A stretch of DNA of 64,000 nucleotides, taken from Candidatus Aenigmatarchaeota archaeon (GTDB lineage Archaea > Aenigmatarchaeota > Aenigmatarchaeia > QMZP01). Position 1 is the first letter of the stretch; the number at the start of each line of letters is the position of its first letter. The stretch spans positions 12,708-76,707 of the forward strand of contig JAVZYR010000001.1 in assembly GCA_038999435.1 (NCBI GenBank), written 5' to 3'. Below are positions 1 to 9,485 of the stretch, one piece after another. The notes below the pieces were generated by a model, which was not told the DNA's origin, did not search any database, and saw nothing but the letters and a program-made list of their open reading frames with translations. The position numbers were made by a program, and so were the translations under genes.

Positions 1-859
1 GCTGGCATGGGAAACCAGCTGCCCTTACGCATGAAATTGCGCCAGGAGAGATTGATAATGAAACACCTGATGGTGCGTCAGATAATGTAATCTTAAATTT
101 CGCTTCATTGTGTTTTGCAGGTGGAATCACTACAGCACTGAAACTGCTTGGTTCTGACTTACATATCCCTGTTGATTTTTGACCACCTTTGACATCACAA
201 TATTGCCCCTCTGAGCAAGGACAATCGCAGCAACAATTATTAACACTTTCGCCAAGTTCTGTTTGGCATTGCCCATCTCCACATATCCAGGAAGATATGC
301 TGATGTCTGAAAATCCAGCCGAGATATTATAAATGGTCTCATTTATTGCATAATCTGGTATGCTGAGGTTAAATGCAATTTTATTTGATGTCAATGTGTA
401 TTGGCCCTCACCACATCCAGCAAGCGCAGGTATTTCAATTGTGCAATTTATCTTGTTATCCCAAACTGCGCATTTTGATGTATCAATGTTGCGTGTCAGG
501 TTGCCAAGCGTGTAGGAAGCAGAACTGATGTATGCACCTGTTGGCATATTAACAATCTTTACTGTAACATTCGCTTCATGTCTATTGTTACAGCCAATAA
601 AAGATGTTGGTGTGGTTTGAATATGCTGAAGGCTTATGTCACTGAGTTGTTTGCATGTTTGTGTTCCTGTGTCGCAGTACCATCCAGTAGGACATGGATT
701 ATTAGGATCGCATGACTCAAATTGCGCTCTTGCGCTTGGTATGATTTGTGCTGGTTTCCACTCAGCCATTAGTGCAGATGATACCCACGTCCAGCTAAAG
801 ATAAGCCATGCTACCAAAATCGCGCCAATTTCAATTACAAGGAGCCTTTTGTTCAACAT
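1..859 (-). CDS. Partial (C-terminus beyond window start) Cys-rich secreted/membrane-anchored protein. N-terminus MLNKRLLVIEIGAILVAWLIFSWTWVSSALMAEW...; ORF is open to position 1.
   Basis: Manual minus-strand translation from ATG at 859..857 shows no stop down to position 2. It was missed by the ORF track because it has no in-window stop. Hydrophobic signal/TM follows the start; many Cys (CDPNNPC, CCCDCPC). Its start overlaps the stop of the upstream gene (ATGTTGA). The listed 130..342 ORF is an out-of-frame artifact inside it. Confidence 0.55.
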   Translation of the reverse strand, partial: MLNKRLLVIEIGAILVAWLIFSWTWVSSALMAEWKPAQIIPSARAQFESCDPNNPCPTGWYCDTGTQTCKQLSDISLQHIQTTPTSFIGCNNRHEANVTVKIVNMPTGAYISSASYTLGNLTRNIDTSKCAVWDNKINCTIEIPALAGCGEGQYTLTSNKIAFNLSIPDYAINETIYNISAGFSDISISSWICGDGQCQTELGESVNNCCCDCPCSEGQYCDVKGGQKSTGICKSEPSSFSAVVIPPAKHNEAKFKITLSDAPSGVSLSISPGAISCVRAAGFPCQ

Positions 860-3165
860 ATCTGAAGGCTGCAAAGCGCTATTTGTTTATAGTCAAAGCA
901 TGCCATTATTTTTAAACATTCTGGTGGAAGGTTATAGGTTGGTTTCCATGGTAAATTTGGAAATATAGCAGCTTTGTAGGACTCTTGTATGCAGAATGGT
1001 ATAAGGGTAGACTTACCATATACACAATCATTAAGTATGGCAAAATTATTTATTTCATCATAGCAACCCATATAAACCATGCATGTTGCATTACACGGAT
1101 CACATGGATTTGTGGTACTTCCTGGGATACAACCAGGTGGAGTGTTTTTGTAAAAACCTCCACATGCCCTGAATTCATTCTGACATTGCTTAAGTATGCC
1201 ATTTTGTGCTGAATTTTCACTGCATCTGTCTGATACCTGAAGAACAGCAATTGATTTGGTCCCACATCCTAAAAGCCAATCTATCGCCTCTCCTATGGCT
1301 ACCCCTCTACATTTATCATGGTCGCTTTCAGAATCGCATCCTCCCATATCCTCACAGCAATCATCTTTTGCAGAATCCCTCACATCATCAGCCATGTCCA
1401 TAATATTTTTCATATCCGGCACAGTTACTATAAGATTTGCATCATATGGTGGTATGTTAATTTGCGTGCTTGATGTCTCAATGGGTGTTGCTCTGTGCTG
1501 ATATTTACCCATTGTCTTACCTTCGTATGTGAATATTTCAGCTCCAGCCGTCTGTAGTCCTTCTTTACTCATTACCCTGGCATAGACATTATATAGCCCA
1601 GGCGGTATATAGTCAACTGTCACGCTATGTTTTATAATCAATGCATCACCAGTCTGTTTGATGCAATCCAGTTCGCTTAAATTGTTGCAATCGATAATCT
1701 TTGATAAATTGTAATTCATAACATAATATTGTCTGCTGCCATCAGTTGAATTGAAAATCAGCGTGACTGCCTCAACATCCACAGGTGCATATGCATCATG
1801 GCATGAACCTGTGTCCTTATAGAAGCTGAATTTTATTTTTGATGGCTTGAGCAGCACTACAGTCAGACCTACAAGCTCAGAGACAGACTTTCTCTCTCTG
1901 TATATTGAATATCCAGGGGCTGATACGGTCAGATTTCCAATCGAAGCTGTGACAGCACCTTTTACATTTCCATTTGCATCTGTTGTGAATGCACAGCCCT
2001 CATAATATACAGTTGCGCCGGGTATGGGTGCCCCTGATTGGTCAATCACAGTTATATTAATCGGATTTGTTGGGTTTTCGCAAGATATGGCAGGTGTAAG
2101 TGTTGCAGCACAATCATTGGCAGGCCTCATATTATCTACAGCAACATTTATTGCAAATTTGAAAAAATTGTCAGCCAGCTCATCATACACAGAGACAATA
2201 GCAGGATATCTAAATGAATATCGAATGTTATACCATTGAATGCAGATTTGCACAGTATAAGAAAATACACCAGAGAGCCTTAATATCGGCTCTGCAGGCC
2301 CAATAAATATCATCCCGCTCTGTGTGGCATAAAGAAGTGGCAGCCCAAGCTGTGGATTAAGGTCTGTATATTTCTTGCCATCAAGGTCAGGGATGTTCAA
2401 CACAGGGCTATGCTTTGTGTTTACAGGTTTCCACCATTGAATATTGCTCAACGTGTACTCAAAAACACCCCTCATTAGGGCACTTGTCTCCTCAGGCATA
2501 AGAAGTATTGTCTGCCCACATTCTGTCAGCCATCCAAATGTTGGTAGCTGAGAATAATACAGATTTTTGATTGTTGCCCATTCAAGTGCTCTTGTGTTTG
2601 CCTGAAAATTTGTGAAGTCCTTGGCAAATTTATATATATAGCCAAACCTTGTCGGAACCGTGACAACGTAAGGCTGTTCAAGCTCTTCTCCTCCCACTTT
2701 TGTAGGAAGCCATAGTGCAAAATTTATCTTGTCTTCCTCAATCTTTATTTCAGCCTTTACATCTGTCTTATCAAATGAAACCTGCTTGCCATCGATTGTC
2801 ATGGTATTATTTAGAGATGCAAGAACATCGCCCATTGTTTTATTTTTCAGATTGTTTTCTATCTCTTGCAGGGTAGGGTAGGTTTTGTTTCCACAGGCAG
2901 ACCAATATGCAACAGGCGTGTCTATGTAAAGCGGGCTGTCTGCTGGTGGGCTGAACAAACCTCCCTGTGCTTCTATTATCTCAAGATTTTCAGTGAGCCT
3001 CTCCTTTATGATACTTAATATCTGGCTGTGTACATGCTTTAGATGCTCTGGAATTGCTGGAGAGACAGGGAACGCAGGTGCAGCAAGAAATAGATAATAT
3101 ATTGCAATTATAGCAATGATAACAATACCAATAATAGCAATAAATTCCAGCTGCCCTTTAGCCAT
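853..3165 (-). CDS. Large (770 aa) N-terminally membrane-anchored extracellular protein with a Cys-rich C-terminal region; function unknown.
   Basis: Long ORF. N-terminal TM (FIAIIGIVIIAIIAIYYLFLAAP). C-terminal third rich in Cys pairs (CCEDMGGCD, CDPCNATC). Confidence 0.6.
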   Translation of the reverse strand: MAKGQLEFIAIIGIVIIAIIAIYYLFLAAPAFPVSPAIPEHLKHVHSQILSIIKERLTENLEIIEAQGGLFSPPADSPLYIDTPVAYWSACGNKTYPTLQEIENNLKNKTMGDVLASLNNTMTIDGKQVSFDKTDVKAEIKIEEDKINFALWLPTKVGGEELEQPYVVTVPTRFGYIYKFAKDFTNFQANTRALEWATIKNLYYSQLPTFGWLTECGQTILLMPEETSALMRGVFEYTLSNIQWWKPVNTKHSPVLNIPDLDGKKYTDLNPQLGLPLLYATQSGMIFIGPAEPILRLSGVFSYTVQICIQWYNIRYSFRYPAIVSVYDELADNFFKFAINVAVDNMRPANDCAATLTPAISCENPTNPINITVIDQSGAPIPGATVYYEGCAFTTDANGNVKGAVTASIGNLTVSAPGYSIYRERKSVSELVGLTVVLLKPSKIKFSFYKDTGSCHDAYAPVDVEAVTLIFNSTDGSRQYYVMNYNLSKIIDCNNLSELDCIKQTGDALIIKHSVTVDYIPPGLYNVYARVMSKEGLQTAGAEIFTYEGKTMGKYQHRATPIETSSTQINIPPYDANLIVTVPDMKNIMDMADDVRDSAKDDCCEDMGGCDSESDHDKCRGVAIGEAIDWLLGCGTKSIAVLQVSDRCSENSAQNGILKQCQNEFRACGGFYKNTPPGCIPGSTTNPCDPCNATCMVYMGCYDEINNFAILNDCVYGKSTLIPFCIQESYKAAIFPNLPWKPTYNLPPECLKIMACFDYKQIALCSLQIC

Positions 3166-3239
3166 AAAAATAATTGGCTGTGTAAATTTAAATTAACCTT
3201 CTTTGCTCAATTTTAAATTGTTTCAATCCGTTTTTACAT

Positions 3240-5969
3240 ATGCATCCTGTGTTTAAACTGCTTGGTAGCGAAGTTGGGGATTTGGCTAGCAGACGATTTG
3301 GCCAACCAACACCTGTTCAGGAAGATGTCATTCCACACATCCTTGATGGCAAGGATTGTCTTGTGGTAGCAGAGACAGGCAGTGGAAAAACAGAGGCATG
3401 TCTTCTACCCATATTTAGCAAGTGGCTTTGTCAGCAACCAAAGGCAACAGCCATACTCTACATAACACCATTAAGGGCATTGAACCGTGATTTGTTAAAA
3501 AGGCTTCTTTGGTGGGGAGAAAACATAGGTATAGATATATCAGTGCGGCATGGTGATACGAGTACATATGAAAGGGCGATGCAGGCAGAAAATCCTGCTG
3601 ATATGCTGATATCAACACCTGAAAGCCTTCAGGCAATCCTACTTGGCAAAAAACTCAGAAAGGCGTTAGAAAACATAAAATGGATAATTATTGATGAGTT
3701 GCACGAGCTGTTTCCAAACAAAAGAGGTGCACAACTCCTCATTGCCCTTGCAAGGCTTTCAGCATTTCTCAAGCAAGGGCCACAAATCATCGCGCTTTCA
3801 GCAACACTTGGAAATCCACAAGAAGCAGCAGAATGGCTCGCTTCGCCATTTGGCAAGCAATGCAATGTGATAAACACTGTGCCAGCAAGGAAACAAAAGA
3901 TATGCATTGAGATGCCAAGGCCTGGCCCACAAGATGTTGAATTTGCAGAGAGAATGGCAACATCACCAGAGCTTGCAGCGCGACTGAGAAGGATAAAGGA
4001 GATATTCAGCGAGAAAAGGTCTCTGCTGATATTCACAAATACGCGTGAATGGGCAGAGATACTTGCATCGAGGCTGAGGGCAGCCGGGCTTGCACTTGAT
4101 ATACATCATTCCTCGCTCTCCAGAGAGGCAAGGATAAAGGCAGAGAATGAGCTGAAGGAAGGAAATATAAAGGCAATTGTGTGCACATCAAGCCTTGAGC
4201 TTGGTATAGACATAGGGCATATAGATTTCATTCTGCAATATGGCTCGCCGAGGCAGGTTGGAAAATTGATTCAGCGTATAGGCCGTTCAGGTCATAGGAT
4301 TGACAAGATAGCAGAAGGAATCATACTCACCACAGATATTGATGATATGCTCGAGGCAAGGGCGATAGTCAGCTTGGCTGAAAAGGGCTGGACAGAGCCC
4401 ATAAGACCATATAACAAGCCATTGGATGTGCTCTGTCATCAAATTGCAGGCATACTTTTAGAAAGATACAAAATAAGGGCAAATGATGTCTACAACCTCT
4501 TTAAAAAGACAAAAACATTTGAGGGCCTTAGTTGGGAAGAATTTATCGAAATGTGCAATTTTATGCAAAAGCTGGGATATCTTTGGATTGATAGCATAGG
4601 AGATGATTTCTTGCTGAAAAGGAGAAAGGCAACATTCGGATATTACTACTCAAATCTTTCGACGATACCTGATGTTAAAAATTATCGTGTGATTGATATC
4701 GTGAGCCAGCAGCCAATAGGAACCCTTGATGCAGAGTTTGTTGCGCTGCATGGCAATCCTGACCAGGTTATCATATTCAAGGGCAGGTCATGGCGCATCA
4801 TTGAGGTTGGAGAAAGGATACTCGTTGAGCCAACCGATGATATCACAGGTGCAATACCTGCATGGGAAGGTGAGCTAATACCTGTTCCAAAAGAGGTTGC
4901 AGAGAATGTTGGTAAATTAAGAAAGGAAATAAAGATGGATGGACAGCCCATTGTACCTGACAATGAAACAGTACTTTTTGAATGGGGAAAGGAAAGGGTG
5001 CAGGGCCTGGGCCCGAGCATAAACTATGCCATCATCCACATATGCAGTGGCTCTCAGGCAAACGAGGCAATAGGTCAGGCCCTTGCATACAAGCTCTCAC
5101 AGCGGTTTGGCTCTGTAGCGCTCAGAACAGACCCATATAGAATATTAATAAGATGGTCAGGTGGAAGTTGGAGAGATGCTTACGAAGCATTCTTGGATAT
5201 AAAGGAAGGGGGAAATCTGAAAGAGATTTTGACAGAGGCATTGCCACATACAGAGTTGTTTGCATGGCGCTTCTATCAAGTCTGTCAAAGATTTGGTATC
5301 ATATCAAGGGATGCACAGCTATCAAAATTCTACCTTAAAAAGCTAATGGAAAGTTACAGAGATAGCCCTGCATGGCGTGAGACAATGAATGAAATAGAGC
5401 AGGGCAAGATTGACATCACAGGCGCAGCAGAGGTATTGACAAAGATAAAAAGGATAGAGGTCATAGAAGGCCTAACAGCCCTTGGAAGGGCCATTGCGCA
5501 CAAAGGCTTTGAACTTGTTGGGCTTGCAAGACCAGAGCATGAGATATTTTCAGCATTCAAGGAAAGGCTGTTAGCAACAAAGATTGGGCTTGTCTGCTGT
5601 TATTGTGCAAAATGGGCAAGGGTAACAGAGGTGAGAGAAATACCAGAACTTATATGTCCTGTTTGCAGTTCAAAGTTGATTGCTGTTGTGCCATGGAGAA
5701 GGGTTGATGAGGCAAAAAAACTAATCGAGGCAGCAAACAAAAAGAAAAGGATGAAAAAAGCTGAAGAGGAAAGGGTAGAAAGGATACTTGCAGGTGCATA
5801 CCTTGTGATTTCTCATGGCAGGGATGCTGTGCTCTGTCTCGCAGGCCATGGCATTGGACCACAGACAGCCTCGCGGATACTTTCAACAATGCCAAAGGAT
5901 GATGAGTTGTTCAGGGCAATACTAAAGGCTGAAAAGGAATTTTTGAGAACAAGAGTCTATTGGAGATGA
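3240..5969 (+). CDS. lhr: Lhr-type ATP-dependent DEAD/DEAH-box helicase (Lhr-core) with a C-terminal Cys4 zinc ribbon.
   Basis: Walker A AETGSGKTEA, DEAD-like DELHEL, SAT motif SATLGN, helicase C motif QRIGRSGH, C-terminal CCYC...CPVC. Confidence 0.85.
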   Translation: MHPVFKLLGSEVGDLASRRFGQPTPVQEDVIPHILDGKDCLVVAETGSGKTEACLLPIFSKWLCQQPKATAILYITPLRALNRDLLKRLLWWGENIGIDISVRHGDTSTYERAMQAENPADMLISTPESLQAILLGKKLRKALENIKWIIIDELHELFPNKRGAQLLIALARLSAFLKQGPQIIALSATLGNPQEAAEWLASPFGKQCNVINTVPARKQKICIEMPRPGPQDVEFAERMATSPELAARLRRIKEIFSEKRSLLIFTNTREWAEILASRLRAAGLALDIHHSSLSREARIKAENELKEGNIKAIVCTSSLELGIDIGHIDFILQYGSPRQVGKLIQRIGRSGHRIDKIAEGIILTTDIDDMLEARAIVSLAEKGWTEPIRPYNKPLDVLCHQIAGILLERYKIRANDVYNLFKKTKTFEGLSWEEFIEMCNFMQKLGYLWIDSIGDDFLLKRRKATFGYYYSNLSTIPDVKNYRVIDIVSQQPIGTLDAEFVALHGNPDQVIIFKGRSWRIIEVGERILVEPTDDITGAIPAWEGELIPVPKEVAENVGKLRKEIKMDGQPIVPDNETVLFEWGKERVQGLGPSINYAIIHICSGSQANEAIGQALAYKLSQRFGSVALRTDPYRILIRWSGGSWRDAYEAFLDIKEGGNLKEILTEALPHTELFAWRFYQVCQRFGIISRDAQLSKFYLKKLMESYRDSPAWRETMNEIEQGKIDITGAAEVLTKIKRIEVIEGLTALGRAIAHKGFELVGLARPEHEIFSAFKERLLATKIGLVCCYCAKWARVTEVREIPELICPVCSSKLIAVVPWRRVDEAKKLIEAANKKKRMKKAEEERVERILAGAYLVISHGRDAVLCLAGHGIGPQTASRILSTMPKDDELFRAILKAEKEFLRTRVYWR

Positions 5970-6631
5970 GGTCTAAATCTGCCTAATAACGTCCCATCGA
6001 GAAGATAAAGTTCAAAACTTTTTATCCTTTTTGCAACAGGGCCAAGCAGCGCCTTCTTGTTTACTGCAAGGCCACCAGCCCAGTGATTAAATGCAGGTAT
6101 GATTACAATCTCTGGCCTCTGTCTTGCAATAACCCACACAGGCTCTGTCCAGGTATAGCCAAGCGTATCTTTGAATTCAAAAACAGGATGCGAATGTGCA
6201 ATCACAATCCTTTTCATTGTCCATGCCTTTTTGTCAGGTTTGGCATGCCCATGGCAAAACCATGTATCTCCGCTTTCTATCCCTTTTGTTGGTAATATCT
6301 CAAGATTTTGTTCTGTAATCCTTTTTATTCCACCATCATGATTGCCTGGGATTAGCCGGATAGGACATTTTATATCAGAGATGAAGCGAGAAATCTCTGC
6401 AAGTTCCCTTTTGCTCATCCCAGGTATTTTATGTTTAAGGTCTCCTAAAATCAGCAAATCCTTGCAGCCAGTCATGTTAAGAATTTCTCTTATCTTTTCA
6501 GCCATTTCTCTTCTCTGTGACGGTATCCTTATCCCTGCTTCCCTCGGTTCAAGCTCTATGCCAAGATGCAGGTCTGCTATAATAAGCGTCTTACCAATCT
6601 TCAGGGCTGGTTTGCCTAAAACAAATCTCAT
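5957..6631 (-). CDS. Calcineurin-like metallophosphoesterase (MPE).
   Basis: Motifs IADLHLG, GDLKH, GNHD, and HSHP in order, as in the Mre11/SbcD-like phosphoesterase fold. Confidence 0.75.
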   Translation of the reverse strand: MRFVLGKPALKIGKTLIIADLHLGIELEPREAGIRIPSQRREMAEKIREILNMTGCKDLLILGDLKHKIPGMSKRELAEISRFISDIKCPIRLIPGNHDGGIKRITEQNLEILPTKGIESGDTWFCHGHAKPDKKAWTMKRIVIAHSHPVFEFKDTLGYTWTEPVWVIARQRPEIVIIPAFNHWAGGLAVNKKALLGPVAKRIKSFELYLLDGTLLGRFRPHLQ

Positions 6632-6662
6632 AAGAATTTAAATTTTTATTTTATTAAAAAAT

Positions 6663-6881
6663 ATGGACTTTGATGAAGAGGAGTTTAAGGAGTTCAAGGC
6701 AATGCTTTTAAGTCAGGCAGGTGTATATTCGGTTGGGCTTGGTGAAAATGAGAAAGGAGAATATACAATAACAATCTATGCTGAAAAAGATGTTCCTGTT
6801 GAAATTCCAATAAGACCGCGTTCGCTTAAAAAATATCCTGTGAAAATCATTAGGGGAGAGCCAATAGAGGCAAAGAAATAA
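6663..6881 (+). CDS. Small (72 aa) protein; appears to be a stand-alone paralog of the N-terminal domain of the downstream protease.
   Basis: GVYSVGLGENEKGEYTITIYAEKDVP...VKIIRGEPIEA resembles NVEGVGIGYKIVKGEKTDEICIVVN...LP...KILTDVYETGEIRA in the 6906 ORF. Confidence 0.45.
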   Translation: MDFDEEEFKEFKAMLLSQAGVYSVGLGENEKGEYTITIYAEKDVPVEIPIRPRSLKKYPVKIIRGEPIEAKK

Positions 6882-6905
6882 AAAATTTTCGTCTAATTTT
6901 AGAAA

Positions 6906-7946
6906 ATGAGATATTCAAAAGATATCGATGAAATTAAAAATGTTTTGGACGCCTGGAGATACACATTATTTTGTAAGCCCAATGTTGAAGGTGTAGGTAT
7001 TGGATATAAAATTGTGAAAGGGGAGAAAACAGACGAAATATGTATTGTTGTAAATGTAAAAAAGAAATTACCAGAGCTCCCTGAAGAAGATATGATACCC
7101 AAAGAGGTTGGAGTTGGCACAAAAATTTTGACTGATGTCTATGAGACAGGAGAGATAAGAGCGCTTTATAAAGAAGCTAAAAGTGCAGAAAATTTAAGAA
7201 CAAAGAAAACAAGGCCTGCATCTGCTGGGGTTTCAATAGGACATTACAAAATTACTGCAGGCACGCTTGGATGTCTTGTGAGAAAAGATGGAAAGATAAA
7301 AATCCTTAGTAATAACCACGTGCTGGCAAATGAGAACAGGGCAAAAATAGGAGATATGATACTCCAACCAGGCCCTTATGACATTAATGATGCAAATTAT
7401 GAGCAGTACAAAATTGCACTGCTCTCTGATTATGTACCAATCTATATTATGGATGAGATACCAACATGCAAAATCAAAAACGTTGCAAAAAATTTCTTGA
7501 GATATATAAAGAAGCAATATTCAAACATTCTTGCGGCTAAAACGAATCGCTTTGATTGCGCTGTTGCTGAAGTATTCAAGCCTGATGATGTCTCAAGCAC
7601 ACTTTATGAGCTTGGTGAACCAGCAACAAAGCCAAGAGATGCAGGGCTTGATATGAAGGTTTGCAAATCAGGACGGACAACAGGCGTAACACAGGGAGAG
7701 ATAACGCAATTACACGTAACAACAAAAGTTAGGTTCTCACGTGGCTATGCAGTTTTTGAAGAACAGATAGCTACAGGACCCATGTGCAAAGGTGGTGATT
7801 CAGGCTCTTTGCTTGTTTCTCAGAGCGGGCTTGAACCTGTTGGACTACTTTTTGCAGGCTCTGATGCCATAACAATATACAATCCAATAAAAGATGTTCT
7901 GAACAAATTAGGGGTTGAAATAGTTTCAAAGCATAATCCATTATAG
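6906..7946 (+). CDS. Trypsin/chymotrypsin-fold serine peptidase-like protein with an N-terminal accessory domain.
   Basis: Ordered candidate catalytic triad: His in SNNHVLAN, Asp in FDCAVAEV, Ser in CKGGDSGSLLV (GDSG-type motif). Confidence 0.55.
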   Translation: MRYSKDIDEIKNVLDAWRYTLFCKPNVEGVGIGYKIVKGEKTDEICIVVNVKKKLPELPEEDMIPKEVGVGTKILTDVYETGEIRALYKEAKSAENLRTKKTRPASAGVSIGHYKITAGTLGCLVRKDGKIKILSNNHVLANENRAKIGDMILQPGPYDINDANYEQYKIALLSDYVPIYIMDEIPTCKIKNVAKNFLRYIKKQYSNILAAKTNRFDCAVAEVFKPDDVSSTLYELGEPATKPRDAGLDMKVCKSGRTTGVTQGEITQLHVTTKVRFSRGYAVFEEQIATGPMCKGGDSGSLLVSQSGLEPVGLLFAGSDAITIYNPIKDVLNKLGVEIVSKHNPL

Positions 7947-8162
7947 ACTGATTTCAATACCTTTATATCTGATTTTAATTTTATAACCAGTTCTTGCCCA
8001 TCTCAATATTTTGAAAAGGCCAAATGTATTTTTAAAGAGATATTTTATGGCAATAAAAAATACAGAGACAACACTTCTTATCTCTATGGTAATGTTATTT
8101 TCATCAAAATTTATATCAATTGCCTTCATTCGATATTTTATACTCAGTTTATAATATTAAAA

Positions 8163-9455
8163 ATGGCAGTTGAGAAGATTGTGATAGGCCGAGATAGAGA
8201 AGATATAAAGAGATATGGCAGTGAGGGTACTGCATACATCGGCAAGCATATTGTTGGAAAGGGCGAGGAGGCACACCTTACAAACCCAATACACATGGAT
8301 TTGATAAGACCACATGTTGTGCTTGTTGCTGGAAAAAGGGGAACTGGAAAAAGCTACAGCGCAGGCGTGATTGCAGAGGAGATTGCAATGCTTCCAAAAG
8401 AAATTAGAGAGAATCTATCTGTGATAATGATTGACACAATGGGCATATACTGGTCAATGAAGATGGGAAATGAGAAGGACAGAGAACTTCTGAAGAATTG
8501 GGGACTCAAGCCACAGGGCCTGCCGATAAAGCTTTATGTGCCAAAAGGGTATGTGAAGGACTATGAGGATGTTGGAGTAAAGGTTGATGGCGCATTCACA
8601 ATTGCTTGCTCTGAGCTCACAGCATTAGATTGGATTATGACATTTGGCTTTTCTATGCTTGACCCACACGGCATAGCAATAGAGCGGGCAATAAAGGCTG
8701 TCACAGACAGATTTGGCACAGAATATTCTATATCAGACATCATAAAGGCCATAGAAGATGATAAAAGGACAGACAAATCAATAAAGGATGCACTTGTGAA
8801 TAGATTTCTTGCTGCAGAGGATTGGGGGCTTTTCGAGATTCATGGTACGACTGTTAGGGAGATGATCGAGCCAGGTGTTATCTCAGTTATTGATGTCAGC
8901 CATTATATGCGTGTCTCGGCTGGATGGTCTGTTCGCTCAATGATAGTTGGATTGTTATCAAGGAAGATTTTCCAAGAGCGGCTGATGGCAAGAAAGGCAG
9001 AAGAATTTGAGATTATGGCAGGGGAAAGGAGAAAAACAATACCAATGGTATGGCTTATGATGGACGAGGCGCATCAGTTTGTTGGCACAGAGCCAACTGC
9101 AGCAACAGAACCATTACTTACGCTTATTAAAGAAGGCAGAGAGCCGGGTATATCTGTGTTGATGATAACGCAAAGGCCTGGAAAACTACATGAGGATGCA
9201 CTGGCACAGGCAGACCTTATAATTGCACACAGGTTGACAGCTGAGGCAGACATCCGTGCGTTAAGGTCAATCATGCAGACATATGTTCTTGAAGATATAC
9301 AGGACCTGATGAATGCATTACCACGCCTCAAGGGCTCAGCGCTCATACTCGATGATAATTCAGAGAGGATATATACAGTTCAGGTCAGACCGCGTTTTTC
9401 TTGGCATGCAGGCGGTTCACCTGCTGCAATAAAGCCAAAAGGGATATTTGGATAG
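8163..9455 (+). CDS. HerA/FtsK-superfamily P-loop ATPase (DUF87-like).
   Basis: Walker A VAGKRGTGKSYS, Walker B/DEAH-like LMMDEAHQF, and the HerA-type ITQRP motif. Confidence 0.7.
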   Translation: MAVEKIVIGRDREDIKRYGSEGTAYIGKHIVGKGEEAHLTNPIHMDLIRPHVVLVAGKRGTGKSYSAGVIAEEIAMLPKEIRENLSVIMIDTMGIYWSMKMGNEKDRELLKNWGLKPQGLPIKLYVPKGYVKDYEDVGVKVDGAFTIACSELTALDWIMTFGFSMLDPHGIAIERAIKAVTDRFGTEYSISDIIKAIEDDKRTDKSIKDALVNRFLAAEDWGLFEIHGTTVREMIEPGVISVIDVSHYMRVSAGWSVRSMIVGLLSRKIFQERLMARKAEEFEIMAGERRKTIPMVWLMMDEAHQFVGTEPTAATEPLLTLIKEGREPGISVLMITQRPGKLHEDALAQADLIIAHRLTAEADIRALRSIMQTYVLEDIQDLMNALPRLKGSALILDDNSERIYTVQVRPRFSWHAGGSPAAIKPKGIFG

Positions 9456-9485
9456 TTTTATAAACTTTTTTAACAAAATTAAAAA

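Noticed and set aside
130-342. Listed 70-aa minus-strand ORF
   Set aside because: It lies out of frame inside a longer stop-free minus-strand ORF (1..859) that has a signal peptide and coherent Cys-rich sequence; it is a frame artifact.
636-968. Listed 110-aa plus-strand ORF
   Set aside because: Antisense to the 1..859 and 853..3165 coding regions, with no SD and an implausible composition.
8163-9455. Possibility that this ATPase is the missing FlaI/PilB/TadA pilus assembly ATPase
   Set aside because: Its Walker A (GTGKS), DEAH-like Walker B, and TQRP motif fit HerA/FtsK-type ATPases, not secretion ATPases (GxTGSGKTT plus Asp/His boxes). The size (430 aa) also fits HerA.
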